From assembly GCF_001194135.2 (NCBI RefSeq), contig NC_069006.1:6997261-7061260 (forward strand): DNA of 64,000 bases, written 5' to 3'. Below the pieces are notes generated by a model, which worked only from the letters and a program-made list of their open reading frames with translations, was not told where the DNA came from and did not search any database. Position 1 is the stretch's first letter, and each line of letters begins with the position of its first letter. Source of the DNA: Octopus bimaculoides. Taxonomy: Eukaryota. Positions 1 through 12,454 of this stretch are shown in pieces. The position numbers and the translations under genes were made by a program.

Positions 1-656
1 GGAGTTTGCTTCCCAACCATGTGGTCTCGGGTTCAGTTCCTCTGAATGATCATTTTGGCACTTGTCCTCTGCTATAGCCCTTAGTTAGCCAAAGCTTTCA
101 TAATGGATTTGGTAGACTGAAACTGAAAGCAGCCCATTTTGTATGTATGCATGTGTGTGTATGTTTCCTCATCTTAATATGGCATGGTTGTCGTAAATGA
201 GTTTCACTGTCATACAAGCAGGGTTGTTCATTTCCAATTTTCCATGAAAATGTCCATCCGTGGGGAAATATCAACTGGCTTGGAAACAGGTGATGGGTGG
301 CAATAGGAAGCACATCCAGCCCTAAAAATCTGCCTTGATTTCTGATCCATACAAGCATAGAAAAATGAATGTAAAATGATGATGACAGTGCAATGCTAAC
401 ATTTTGTTAGTCAATTGTTGTGGAAGGATTCTGACCACCCCTCAAGTGACTAAAAGGTGGACTGACTCATTGTTATAAAACAAAAAACTCTGAGCGATTA
501 GCAGTTCAGTGTGAGCCTTTCATACAGAGCATTGAGTCTCGTGTAATAGTAATGTGTTTTGTATATACAATCTTTCCTTTTGCTTCATTATATTCTGTAT
601 CCAATACAAGGATACAAACCCAACAAATACCAGAACAAAAAATACTTCTCGGTTCC

Positions 657-903
657 TTAAAATACAATTTCCTGGGCAGATTCCATGTCTACTTTAGGTT
701 TTGAACCTTTGGCTGCAAGACTTAAATCTCTTGCCCACAGATATTCACAAATTGTAGTCAACACTAATTCAATAGAAGGCACTGATCCCCTTTCCTGAGT
801 GGTGTCTGTTAAATTCTGAATCTTCAAAACTGGGATTTCCCAATTTTGTTCAAAATTCTCAATATCTCTTTGAGTGATTTCGCTCTCATCGAATTTATCA
901 AAT
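657..903 (-). CDS. CPLANE2: CPLANE2 terminal coding exon 5 (K-FDKFDESEITQRDIENFEQNWEIPVLKIQ...ICEYLWARDLSLAAKGSKPKVDMESAQEIVF*)
   Basis: Matches human KFDQYMHTDVPERDLTAFRQAWELPLL...LAEQLWHQD. Joined CDS is 106+153+125+137+247=768 nt, giving 255 aa. Confidence 0.9.
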
Positions 904-1898
904 CTGGAAGGTGTCAAGGAATACATAAAATGTCAAGTTTTTAATATCACCAACAGTTAATGATGTATGAATGAAGCTTATTCTAGCTGTCATCAGCTGA
1001 GATAATCTCTCTTACTCTCTCTGCACAAGAATGTCAGTTTGTCACAATATAATGGAAAACCTCTTAGCCCCTTGTGGAGTATAGGGCCGATTTCCATGGC
1101 GTATGTGTTCTCTGCTAGCTGGATGGAACACCAGTCCATCGCAGCTTTTTTTTTTTTTACTCAAGAAAGAGTGAGAGAAAGCTGGGGCGAAAGAGTACAA
1201 CAGGGGTTGCCACCACCCCCTGCCGGAGCCTCGTGGAGCTTTTAGGTGTTTTTGCTCAATAAACACACATAACGCCCAGTCTCGGAATCGAAACTGCGAT
1301 CCTCCGACCGCGAGTCCGCTGCCCTAACCACTGGGCCATTGCGCCTCCACTGTCACAATATAAACTCGTAATATAATTGTCAATTACACAAGCCTCTATT
1401 CCTTAACCCTTTTAATATTAAGATTTCTGTCAAATCTAAAGCTGATTTATTTACATTGTTTTTAATTAATCATGTATCATTTCGTAGCTTTGAGTTTTCA
1501 ATGATGTGATTGTATATATTTTTAGAATGACATTGTAGGGTAGGTGTGAGAAGCTGGATCTTGCTGGCTTGAACATAAAACAGGTAGAATAATATTTGGA
1601 TTAGATATGGCCAGTTTAAATCAATATGCTGTTGATGTAACCCACTTCCCCTCCCCTCAAAAACTGGTGGCCCTGTGCCATAATTTGAAGCCAATATTAT
1701 TAAAGGCTGTGAACTGGCAGGTCAAACTTAATAAATAGCGGCTTCCTCATTGGCTCAAGCTATGTGCTACACTTTACCATGGTACCTATTTATCAGTAAA
1801 AGGAGTGAACATTTGACAAGTGTTTTTACTGAAGAGCCAGTCACTTGCCTCTCTATTCATGTCACTCACTAATGATACTAATTCATTGAAAAGGATAT
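904..1898 (-). other. Putative U12 (minor spliceosome) intron with AT-AG termini
   Basis: 5' end ATATCCTTTTC (1898 downward). Branch-site TTCCTTGAC at 921-913. 3' end ccttccag at 904. This junction restores GTKFD in frame. Confidence 0.8.
1140..1350 (-). mobile_element. SINE family E (tRNA head GGCGCAATGGCCCAGTGGTTAGGGC), in CPLANE2 intron 4
   Basis: Longer copy at about 51745-52097 and 3' part at about 47020-47170. Confidence 0.8.
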
Positions 1899-2035
1899 TT
1901 GGTTCCAACAGCAATGCGGCAGATGTCATCACCAAGTTCTGTGAATCGACAGATCATCTGAGAGAGGTCATCAAAACTACTTTTGTCAACGAGTGAGAAG
2001 AGGAACATCACACAGTCGATGCCATCCTTGCAGGC
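1899..2035 (-). CDS. CPLANE2: CPLANE2 coding exon 4 (ACKDGIDCVMFLFSLVDKSSFDDLSQMICRFTELGDDICRIAVGT-K)
   Basis: Matches human ACMENTDAFLFLFSFTDRASFEDL...VIGSK. tacag acceptor; followed by ATATCCTT (U12 5' splice site). Confidence 0.92.
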
Positions 2036-3398
2036 CTGTAACAGATTAGCCACAAAAAGTGAAGCACTAAAATTATCTATAATAATAATAATAATGATAG
2101 TAATGAAATTCTGTTTGTCATAGCATGTGTTTGAGTGTTATGCCTTAACTTTGAAATGAATATCAAAAACATCTTTCAAATCTTTTAACATTATAGGTGC
2201 AGCAGTGGCTGTGTGGTAAGTCACTTGCTTAACAGCCACATAGGTGCAGGAATAAGAAGCTTGCTTACCAATCACATGGTTCCAGGTTCAGTCCCACTGC
2301 GTGGCACCTTCGGCAAGTATCTTCTACTAAAGCCTCAGGTTGACCAAAGCCTTTTGAGAAGATTTGGTAAACGGAAACTGAAAGAAGCCCATCATTTACA
2401 TATGCATTTATATGTGTGTCTGTGTTTGTCACCCCACCATCACTTGACAACCGATGCTGGTGTGTTTACTAAGTCCTAGGATTGATTTGTTCAACTAAAG
2501 GTGGTGCTCCAGCATGGCCACAGTCAAATGACTGAAACAAGTAAAAGAATAACAAACCTAGTTTGGGTGTTCTGCTTTAAACAACTTTACAGAACAAAAC
2601 TGAAGACACAATTGAAACATTTATTAAAGGTTGTAAGGTGACGAGCGTGCCAGTTCCCATCAAACTGTCCAGCTCGGAAAACAGATGTATGATGATGATA
2701 TTTAAACACAAACAGAAGACGGCAACATAGCAGCCATTAAGGAGTGCAATAAAATACCTTGTGGGGCTAATAAAAATAAACTACCTTCACCCAACCAACC
2801 ACAATCCTGGTTCCTCAGTCTCCATTCACTTCTACTCACTTCATACCTTGACACCTCATCACCCCTATTTTTATTTTTTCCCAGCTCCAGCCCCAGTCAC
2901 TCTCGCCCTCTCTTAAAATGTGAGTAGTCATGTGACCGTAACCCCTCAGTACCAAGAAATCTGATATGTTCTGGGCCCCTTCTTTCTCATTTTAACCCCT
3001 CGTTTCCAGTAGAAAGCCTCCTCCCTCTCTACTGTAGCCCCACTCAGCTGAAGGCGATCTCAGTGTTGCAAGCTGCATGGTTACCTCATTAGTGTTGGTG
3101 ACACATAAAAAGCCCCCACTGCACACTATAAAATGGTTGGTTTTAGGAAGGGCATGCCAAAGGAGACATTGGAAGCTGATGTAGTCCTTGGACCTGATGA
3201 ATCCTTTCAAACTGTCTAACCCCTACCAGCATGGATCACAGACATTAAATGATGATGAAGACTGGAAAAATTGTTGGTGTGTCGGACAAGCTGCCTTGCA
3301 GTGTTTGTTTTATCTCTTTTTACGCCCCACAGCCCTTCCCACCCCTCTGACTAAGCAGTAAAAGAAATAGACTAAAAAATTTTTAAAGTAGAACTGAC

Positions 3399-3523
3399 CG
3401 GAAGGATGTGGTCAAACTTCTTTGCTGCCATTTCTCCACTTTCCCAGAAATTTAGATTAAATAACACAACTTTGTTTAATTGGCGTATACGGGCGGGCCA
3501 GTAATTCCGGAACACTTCAATGC
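3399..3523 (-). CDS. CPLANE2: CPLANE2 coding exon 3 (G-IEVFRNYWPARIRQLNKVVLFNLNFWESGEMAAKKFDHILP)
   Basis: Not in the ORF track. Manual translation matches human FWPAKL...FEFWDCGESALKKFDHMLP. cag acceptor, gtcagt donor, phases consistent. Confidence 0.92.
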
Positions 3524-3761
3524 CTGTTTAATAATAATAATAATAATAATGATAATGCTGATAAAGATGATGATGATGACAACATAAGGAACTTTAACAG
3601 AGACAGACATTTTCAGTCTTAGCTACATTGTATCTGAACTCTTTAGATTACGATTGGAATGTAATCAGTAAAATGTAATGCTTATTAAAATAATAATAAC
3701 AATAATAAACAAGTGTAAATAAATTCTTTATGGCATCACAAATGAATGTAATGATTTTTAC

Positions 3762-3914
3762 CTGTTGTTTCGTAGTGGTTCTCTGGAATAGGATGTCCTG
3801 TAAGATTAGCTGCAGTAGCCGTTTTTCCAACTCCAGTTTTACCAACCAACAATATTTTATATTCAACTTCCTTGACAGAAACTGTCTTTGGCAGATTTGG
3901 CTGTTCCAGTAAAC
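3762..3914 (-). CDS. CPLANE2: CPLANE2 coding exon 2, P-loop GKTGVGKT
   Basis: GLLEQPNLPKTVSVKEVEYKILLVGKTGVGKTATAANLTGHPIPENHYETT matches recalled CPLANE2 GLLERP...YKIFVSGKSGVGKT...HHETTG. AG acceptor at 3916-3915, GT donor at 3761. Confidence 0.93.
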
Positions 3915-4903
3915 CTTTGTAAGAGACAATAGACAAAAACATATTCCACAGAGAATAATCCAATATTTTGGGGATTAATCATTTCATGACCATATTTCTG
4001 ATGAGATACATTTATTAATCATCATCATCATCATTTATCGTTTGTGTTCCATACTGGCATGGGTTGGATGGTTTAACAGGATCCAATGGATCTAAGGACT
4101 ACATTGTACTCTAGTGTCAGTTTTGGTAAGGATTCTATGGCTAGATGCCCTTCCTAATGTCAACCACTTTACAGCGTGGACTGGGTAGGTTTTTTTTTCC
4201 ATCCCACTGGCACTGCTGAGGTCACCATACAGCTCACAAGGTTTCAAAACCCAAGAAGCGGGGGAGACAGTAGCTTTATACTAAGACAGTGGTTTTCAGC
4301 TGGGGTCCACACAAACAAAATAATAAATTGGGGATCCATTGTAGCATTTTAAGGGTCCTTGAAAGGTTTTAATCTAAGTGTATCTTTTGCAAGAAACCAG
4401 TTTTTTTTATCTCATTTTATATAGTTCAGCCTACACGAGTGAGTAAATAACAAAATAGGAATCTTGAAAGAAATATCTTTAGAATTAGTTTTTAAACATT
4501 GAATGGTTATAGGGGTCCACCAGAATAAAATTGTAATCAGAGGAGTCCATAGGTAAAAGATGGTTGAGAGCCAGTGTGCTAAGAAATGAGTGAAGTGGGT
4601 GGAGCAGAGCAGGTTCTTGTAGAGGAGCTAAATGGCTTCTCGCATTTGGCACAGAGAGAGAGAGAGAGAATGAATCCTCTCTTTACAGCTAATTCTGATT
4701 CATTCTCATTGTATATGTGTTTTAATTAATTCTGAAAGGATATTAAAAGCTGTTACAACCAAAATTCTTCAATTAAAAATCTGATATAATCCGCAAAAAA
4801 CCAACACACCGGATCCCCTAAAAGATATCAAACCAAAGCCCCTAAGAGCCTGTGTATGAAACCCCCAAAAGGTGATGCACCCATCCCCTAAAAGGCTACT
4901 TAC

Positions 4904-5009
4904 CAAAGACCTTCCGAGACCCATCAGCATGTTGTAGTGAGAATAATATTTCCAAACCAATCTTTGATTGGTACCATTTGAAATCAAGTAAAGACCCAGT
5001 CTTCAACAT
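4904..5009 (-). CDS. CPLANE2: CPLANE2/RSG1-like small GTPase, coding exon 1 (MLKTGSLLDFKWYQSKIGLEILFSLQHADGSRKVF-G)
   Basis: Manual translation from ATG at 5009 to donor G|GTAAGT at 4903. Resembles the recalled human CPLANE2 N-terminus (PGSVVVPNWHESAEGKEYL...RRVFG). Phase 1 matches the next exon. An acceptor (ttttctattacag) just upstream implies a non-coding first exon. Confidence 0.85.
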
Positions 5010-7551
5010 CTTCATTTATTAACAGAACTGTAATAGAAAAAGATGATTGGTTATTAATGAGAATAAAATAATTAAAATACATTTTCTAATTACAATGGAG
5101 GATGCTCGTTAGGAGAGATAGGAAAGAAACTGGGGTTGGATCATCGCTGAAAAGGTTAGAAATGACACAGAGGTTCAAATCTTCTTAGATGCTAGATTTA
5201 GTCCATTGTCCAGTTTAACACCATCGCCTGGTCTTTGAGCGTCTTTAGAGGAATCCATTCAGGTCAGCCTGGGAGTACAGAACAACAACAACCAAGCTAC
5301 ATATTTTATCAACTTTTGAGGGGTGAAAGATAAAAATTAATTTGGGAGAAATTTAAACTCTGAACATGGACATGTATCATCATCCTCATTTTATGTCCAT
5401 GTTGACAAAGACTAAGATGATTCAACAGGATCCAATTGATCAGAAGACCATGTCTCACTCACATCTCAGCTTTGACTATTTCTACAGCTGAATGCCTTTC
5501 CTAACACTAGCCACTGTACAATATAATGGATGAATTTTCTTCATGGCATCAACACTACAGAGGTTACCTAGCCCCCAGCAACACTAGAGTCCTCACACCT
5601 CTGCATTGTCTCTACTTGATACACCAACCGTTTATGGCATATTGGCAGCTATTTTTGTGAACATCAGCACTAATGAAGCCACATATATATCATGCAGATT
5701 AAAACGTGTCAGTAAGATGTGTGAGGGAAAGTATAAACTGATTAAATCTAAGTTTTTATGTGAATGATAATTGATCTAAGAGGGTGGAGTGGCATGAAAG
5801 GAAAAACAGCTCATCAGAATTTCTATGCAAAGGTTAACATAACATATTCACTTAATCAAAACTTCAGTTACATGATGGCCAAGGAAGTTTTTTTTTTTTT
5901 TTTTTTTTTNNNNNNNNNNCTGAGTTCCTTTTGAATGTTGGGACTCATGAAGGCAAAGTGGTTGAGTTCCTTTCAAGTGTTGGACTTCACGGAGACAATG
6001 GCCGAGACCTTTGGCATTATGTTGTGCTTGAGAAGAAGACCCATCAAGTCGAGCAAAATCGAAGTCATGGCAGATACCAGCATCACATAAATGGCACCTG
6101 TGACAATGGCATGTAAAAGCACCCATTACACTCACAAAGTGGTTGGTATTAGGCAGAGTATCCAGCTGTAGAAACCCATGCCAAATCAGACTGGGGTCTG
6201 GTGTAGCCTTCCAGCTTACCAGCCCTGGTCAAGCCGTCCAACCCATGCCAGCATGGACAACAGACGTTAAATGATGATGATGATGTTACAGCCATGTTGT
6301 TTGTCATACAGAATATTTGGGATAGCAATTAAGAATTATTTGTTGTCATGTTCTGGTTATTGTTAAATTTCTGCGATTTTTCCTTTTCTTTTCTAATTAG
6401 TTCTTGCGTAACACCACAAACATGAACAATGGTAACGCACAGGAAAATAATTCTTCAACAAAAAAAGGAAAGAATACAAAAGAAAAAACAACAACTAAAA
6501 TACAAGTTATAAATCTTAATTAAACCTGCCAAATAGCCCTTATGACAAACAAGCTGATTCAAGCAAAACGTAAACACTTCTGCAGGTGTCAAACTAACAC
6601 CAGCTACAATGTGAGAGAGAAAGTGAAAGTAGTACGTTATAGTCAAAAGATCACCCAACGATGGCACTATGTGGTCGCTCAATCTGCTAGAAATAGCAAC
6701 CAAATCTCACCTTACCGCCTTAAATATGGAAAGGACACGTTGCATAATAATGTGGTCCTAAAAGTAGCTCTAAGACGACGTGGTCATGGTTGATATGACT
6801 TTGATCTCAAATGTGCTCAATGAGGACTGACGCCCACTGAACCCCGCCACTAGAGATTTACGAAACTAAATTTAGATAAAAAATTATGTCGAACTATGTC
6901 AGTCAGCCATTGTTTAGTAATCAGAAAATGACTGGGAAATTAAAACGATTGTAAGAAAAACGAAAACAATATTGTAAGAAAATATATATACATATATATA
7001 ATTACAGCATTACATGAGCATAACAAGAAATTTAAAATGTCTATTTTTTTAAAGATCAGAACAGTGAACGAATAACTGGAAAACATAAGATGTAGAATTT
7101 AAAGATTCCTCACAGAAAAAGCACCTTCGGTAACTATGACACCGGTTGATAGAACAGTGGTAGTTATCTGCTCTTGCGAAAACACTCGATAGGTGTCAGT
7201 TTAACTTAGTGAACTGAATAAAATAAAATAAAATAAAAACTGGAAACTGAAACAGGAAACAAATTTCGTTTCAGTGAGAGAAACTCTCATTGCATGAAAT
7301 CTTCAAAGAGAAGCACAAAATCAATTTTCCTGATGTTTTAGTTCCAAAGAGTTTCCAGATTACCGAATCTTCCGAACAAGGAATGGGCTACTTTGGCTAA
7401 TACATTCTAAATTAAGCAAATATTAAATTTACTTACATAATTAAACGAAATACTCGTACCTGTACATTAGTGTAGATAATAAGAGGTTCCGGACTAATGG
7501 TGTCCAGAAAGACCGTGTTGCACCTGCACACGCACACACACATATATGAGT

Positions 7552-7885
7552 AAAGACCTCTTTCGGTCATAAATGGCCATGGGATTGTACCTAGAAAGTT
7601 CTCCGAGGAGGCACAAGCCCAGGCAAGGTTGTTTTATGGAAGACCAGCAGTCGCCCATGCATACCAGCCTCCCCTCTCCACGCCACTGATGTTATCCAAG
7701 GGAAAGGCAAAGGGTCCGATACAGCTTGGCACCAGTGACGTCGCAACTCATTTCTACAGTTGAGTGAACTGGAGCAACGTGAAATAAAGTGTCTTGCTCA
7801 AGAACACAACACAGCCCGGTCCGGGATTCGAACGCACCACCCTATGATTGGGAGCCCGACGTTTTAACCACTCAGCCATGCGCGC
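7552..7885 (-). mobile_element. SINE family D (tRNA head, CORE/Meta-like central domain GTTCTTGAGCAAGACACTT)
   Basis: Head GCGCATGGCTGAGTGGTT...GTTCGAATCCC. Fragments at about 10780-10995, 30770-31010, 34455-34712 and 57000-57105. Confidence 0.75.
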
Positions 7886-7888
7886 ACG

Positions 7889-7933
<45 letters not shown>

Positions 7934-8963
7934 TGATTTCTTGGTTTAAAGTGGAAGTGGGGTATATAGCTGAGTACTATTATGTAAAACAGTCTATGAG
8001 ATGAACGAGACTGGTTCGTCTTTGATCAGAGATCTGTTCCATGAAGGATAAACAACAGATTTCTTCGTTAAGACCTAAGAATCAGTTAAATAGTTTTCAC
8101 ACAAGGTCCACTAGTTTTAAACACTTCACAGAGACAAATGTTTCGTTTTCCAATTTCTAAGTCGCACTGAATAACCCTGAAAAACTTTAAATAAATAAAT
8201 AAGTTCACTTCCAAACTACGTGATAGTGGTTTCAGTCCCACTGCTCAGCACCTTGAGCAAAGTGTATCCTACTATAGCCTTAGGCCGACAAATACTTGTG
8301 AGAGGAAAGAAGCCCATCGTGTCTGTGTGTCCGTCCGCACCACTGTTTGACAATCAAGGCTGGTTTGTTTGCGTCCTTGTAACTTAACGGTTCGGCAAGA
8401 GATCGGTAGAATGAGCACCAGGCTTTAAAAAATAAGCTCTAGGGTCGATTTGTTCGAGTAAACCCCTTCAAGGCGGTGCCCCAGCATGGCCACAGTCCAC
8501 TGACTGAAACACGTAAAAGATAAAATGATAAAAGAAATAAAGAAAAAGCACAACAAATAAATAAANNNNNNNNNNNNNNNNNNNNNNNNNNNNNNNNNNN
8601 NNNNNNNNNNNNNNNNNNNNNNNNNNNNNNNNNNNNNNNNNNNNNNNNNNNNNNNNNNNNNNNNNNNNNNNNNNNNNNNNNNNNNNNNNNNNNNNNNNNN
8701 NNNNNNNNNNNNNNNNNNNNNNNNNNNNNNNNNNNNNNNNNNNNNNNNNNNNNNNNNNNNNNNNNNNNNNNNNNNNNNNNNNNNNNNNNNNNNNNNNNNN
8801 NNNNNNNNNNNNNNNNNNNNNNNNNNNNNNNNNNNNNNNNNNNNNNNNNNNNNNNNNNNNNNNNNNNNNNNNNNNNNNNNNNNNNNNNNNNNNNNNNNNN
8901 NNNNNNNNNNNNNNNNNNNNNNNNNNNNNNNNNNNNNNNNNNNNNNNNNNNNNNNNNNNNNNN

Positions 8964-9011
<48 letters not shown>

Positions 9012-9206
9012 CATATGTGTTACGTGTGTAATTATTATTCACAATGAAAATAAATAGATTTCAAGGGAAGTAACTCAGTTTACTCTTTAGGAAGGTAAGA
9101 GTTTTGTCCCTTCGGTCGACAAATATTTAGTTCTTCGTTTGGCCGCTAGAGGAAAGGAGATGTCATCCATGGCGATCTTTGTTGCTTTGTGAAATTCCTC
9201 CTCGTC

Positions 9207-9285
9207 ATGTCTCGGTCTTGTATTTCTTTTCTCTTCCAGCGAGGAGCATTCAAATGGCATCAGACGTCAACCAAAAACAACGGTG
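9207..9285 (+). CDS. MRPL16: MRPL16 exon 1, probable mitochondrial targeting peptide (MSRSCISFLFQRGAFKWHQTSTKNNG)
   Basis: Only ATG found in frame with donor GTG|gtaagc at 9286. Basic/hydroxylated with no acidic residues. Gives a 251-aa product. Confidence 0.75.
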
Positions 9286-11750
9286 GTAAGCTCTGTTAAA
9301 TTTTAAATTGTATTGTTACCTTTTTGTTTCTGTGCATAGTCATTTTTTTATTGTAAGCTGAAGGTCATTCCGTCTTAGGACATCGATGTGGTTAGGATTG
9401 TATTGAAACTGTCGCAGTTGGCTGGTCATATATAAACTTGGTGGACACAGAAATATCGTTGTGAGAGATGGCTAACAAACTTTGGCATTCTTTCGTTGCC
9501 CAAATTTTCCAAAGAAATCATCAGTGTGGAATCCCAGGACCGGATACTGGATTTTGGATGCTGGGTTTAACATGGAAGCAATAAAGCACATGGAATCTAA
9601 TCTCTACGAAATGAATTCCATTATATACTTGTTCCATCTTGGAACATGTATAATGCCTGACATGTGGGCTGCTATCACAGAACCATTTTGTCGGTGTTTT
9701 AAATGGTTTCCTTCTGTCTACAAACATAGTAGCAGGAACTTGGAGAAACTGCCAGTTCCGGGCTTTGTACTGTTGATAAATCAGACTCGTCTTTTTAAGA
9801 GTTACGTGCTGTGTTTCTTGTTTCTTGTAGATTCACTACTAAAATAGATTGAACACACTCTTTCGTAATGTCCCCATAAGCTTGCTAGAATCCAGTACGC
9901 AGAGCTTTCAACAGGCAGCACTTTGCATTTGGAAGTTCTTTGCAAAAAAAATCTACATTTAAAATATTTTGAAGTTGTCAAATCTTATATGTAAACTACG
10001 ATCTCCAGTACAAAATGGAAAGTACTACGCAGAAACGACATAACTGCATTCACCAAATCTATAATAAATTATCATTTTACATAAATAACAACTTAGATTG
10101 ATTTAAACTGAGTCAATAACCGTTTTATGATGTGTTTTATTGGCATGACACAACACACTTAGAATTTTTGAGAACATTCGCAGATTCTACGTGTGTAGAT
10201 CAAACAATACTTTATAAGCCAATCAAGGAACTTGTAATTACTAAGGCTAATTAAACTGACTTAACTGTCGTTTCATAGTATATTATAAACAATAAACACA
10301 ATATTTTAGAACGGACCACAAAGTGTTGCCACCATATACGTATTTGCTTTAGTTGAAAGTATGTTATGTTTAAAGAAGGGAGCAGCCATTATGGCTACCA
10401 CTGAGGGCAAACTAAACCCTTTCTATGCACTGTATCAAAGAGGGAACCAGAAAGATAGTCCAAATATTTCTACAAGGTTATACACCTCCATTGGCACTTC
10501 CAGGTCCTTTAACTCTAGCAATTTAGACCAGCCATATCCATATTCTGTTTTATGTTCAAACCGGCCAGATCTGACGTCTCACACCAACCCTACAATGTTA
10601 TTCTAAAACAATCACATCGTCATAATCTCAAAGCTACGAGATAATGCAAGATTAATTTAAACAATGTGAATAAATAAGCATTAGATTTAATTGCTAAAGG
10701 GATAAAGGGCCAGTACTGTGTCCAGAAATCTCTCCAGTTACAAGTACCTGTTCTCGATGGTTAATCCACATTCTTCTGTACGGCACATAAGGCTGGTTTC
10801 CTGGTTTTCTTGGCATATATATTCTTTCCAGGACAGGGTGCCAGTCTGTCACAGGGTTACTCATTTTTACCAAGTAGACTGGAGCAACATGAAACTAAGT
10901 GTTTGTCTCAAGAACATAACACATTGCTTGGTCTAAGGATCAAAACCACAATCTTATGATCATAAGTCCAGCACCTTAACTGCTCATCCATGCACCTTTT
11001 GATGGTAATGTAGAATTAAGTGTTGTGGACTATTGCTGATAAAGTCCCTGCTTTGGATATGAACTCCTGATCTCTGAATAAGTAGTCTGATACCTTATCC
11101 ACTCAGTTCACCTCTGTCTTGGTAGAAGTAAAGTTATTAGAAGTTTGTAGGTCAGTCAGGGAAATTTCTACGTTTTGCTGAATATGCTCACTTCATTTAA
11201 ATCTTTATTGTTAACATCAACCCACCTGAGACCATCCTCTTTCTCAAATACACTTTTCATGTTTTCAAATAATCTAAATCAGTGGTTCTCAACTTTTTCA
11301 ACATCCAGAATTTTTTTTTTTATGGGGCCACACAAAATCAACCGGGATTTTTTAGTGGGTTGCACTAAAAATACCTGGATTTTTTTAGGGCGCTGCACCA
11401 AAAAATCCACGATTTTTTGCGGAGGCTGCATCAAAAACACCTGACTTTTTGGGGGGGGTGGGAGGAGACAAAAAAAAAAACTTGGATTTTTTTTAAGGGG
11501 CTGCCTATAAGGGATGTCTTATATAAGGTACAATAACAACAATGGCCCTTTATTAAAAGTTCACCGATTCATAGACAACATATTAAATATATAGTATATA
11601 ACCAAAAAAGATATTAAATATTCTGTGTAGGTATGTGTGTGTATGTATATATATATATATACACACACACATATATATATACACACACAACAAAATATTT
11701 TTTTGTACCATACATCACCTGTAACTAGTTTCTCTTGTTTTTCTTTGCAG

Positions 11751-11810
11751 CTCTGATGTTTATTCCTGCTGCTGGTCTAAGAGATTTCCCTCATCCACCA
11801 GATTATAGCA
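11751..11810 (+). CDS. MRPL16: MRPL16 exon 2 (A-LMFIPAAGLRDFPHPPDYS)
   Basis: Strong ttctttgcag acceptor and gtaagt donor. Phase 1/1. Resembles human LLPASAGVKTLLPVPSFE. Confidence 0.85.
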
Positions 11811-12454
11811 GTAAGTGAGATTATCTGTCTGTCTGTCCATCTTTTAATTTGTTTGTTCATTCGTTTTACATGCTTGCATGGGTTCGCCTAATCTGTTATT
11901 GGGGCATTGGACTACAACTGGATGCCTTTCCTGTCACTTACCCCTGCCTGGGTTCAGTCCCTTTGTTACTTCTGTAGCATTGATTACCTGTTATGTCATT
12001 GTGCACTCACAGCGATTAACTAACTCAGAAGGAGTACAATTGTGCTTCTTAGTCTCTTTCAACCATAGACACATTGTCTTATCACTGTAAATGAGTACCA
12101 CTGTCATACAAGCAGTGTTGTTCCTTTGCAATGTTCTGTGAGAACATGTCTGGTCATGGGAAAATATTGCCTAGCTTGGAAACACGTAAGGGTTGGTGAC
12201 AGGAAAGGCATCCATCCGTAGGAAAAACTGCCTCAACAAATTCCATCTGACACAGCAAAGACGGCAATGTGAATGTTAAAATGATGGTGAATGTGTGTGT
12301 GTGTACTTACATATACTTTTCCATTCTTCCTGAGCGTCAAACCAATACACCTGTTTGTTGTTCCCTCACTTGTCTTCATCTTTTGTTTTCTGTAAATTTG
12401 AACTATATATATATATACATACACAACATATACACAAAATGAAATAAAGCAGGT

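Noticed and set aside
1270-1350. tRNA-like sequences (also about 7820-7885, 13845-13910, 53775-53850)
   Set aside because: SINE heads with A/B boxes; no complete cloverleaf, and each is followed by a SINE body.
7125-7200. Stem TGACACC/GGTGTCA with a TAACTATGAC 28S-like word
   Set aside because: Short match with no supporting RNA family structure; probably chance.
8425-9042. Long ORFs spanning N runs (also 27049-27742, 29670-30024, 41780-42187, 48752-49264)
   Set aside because: Artefacts of assembly gaps and (TA)n/(CA)n microsatellites.
9482-9847. 121-aa ORF in MRPL16 intron 1
   Set aside because: Non-ATG start in the track, no recognisable homology, and no splice support.
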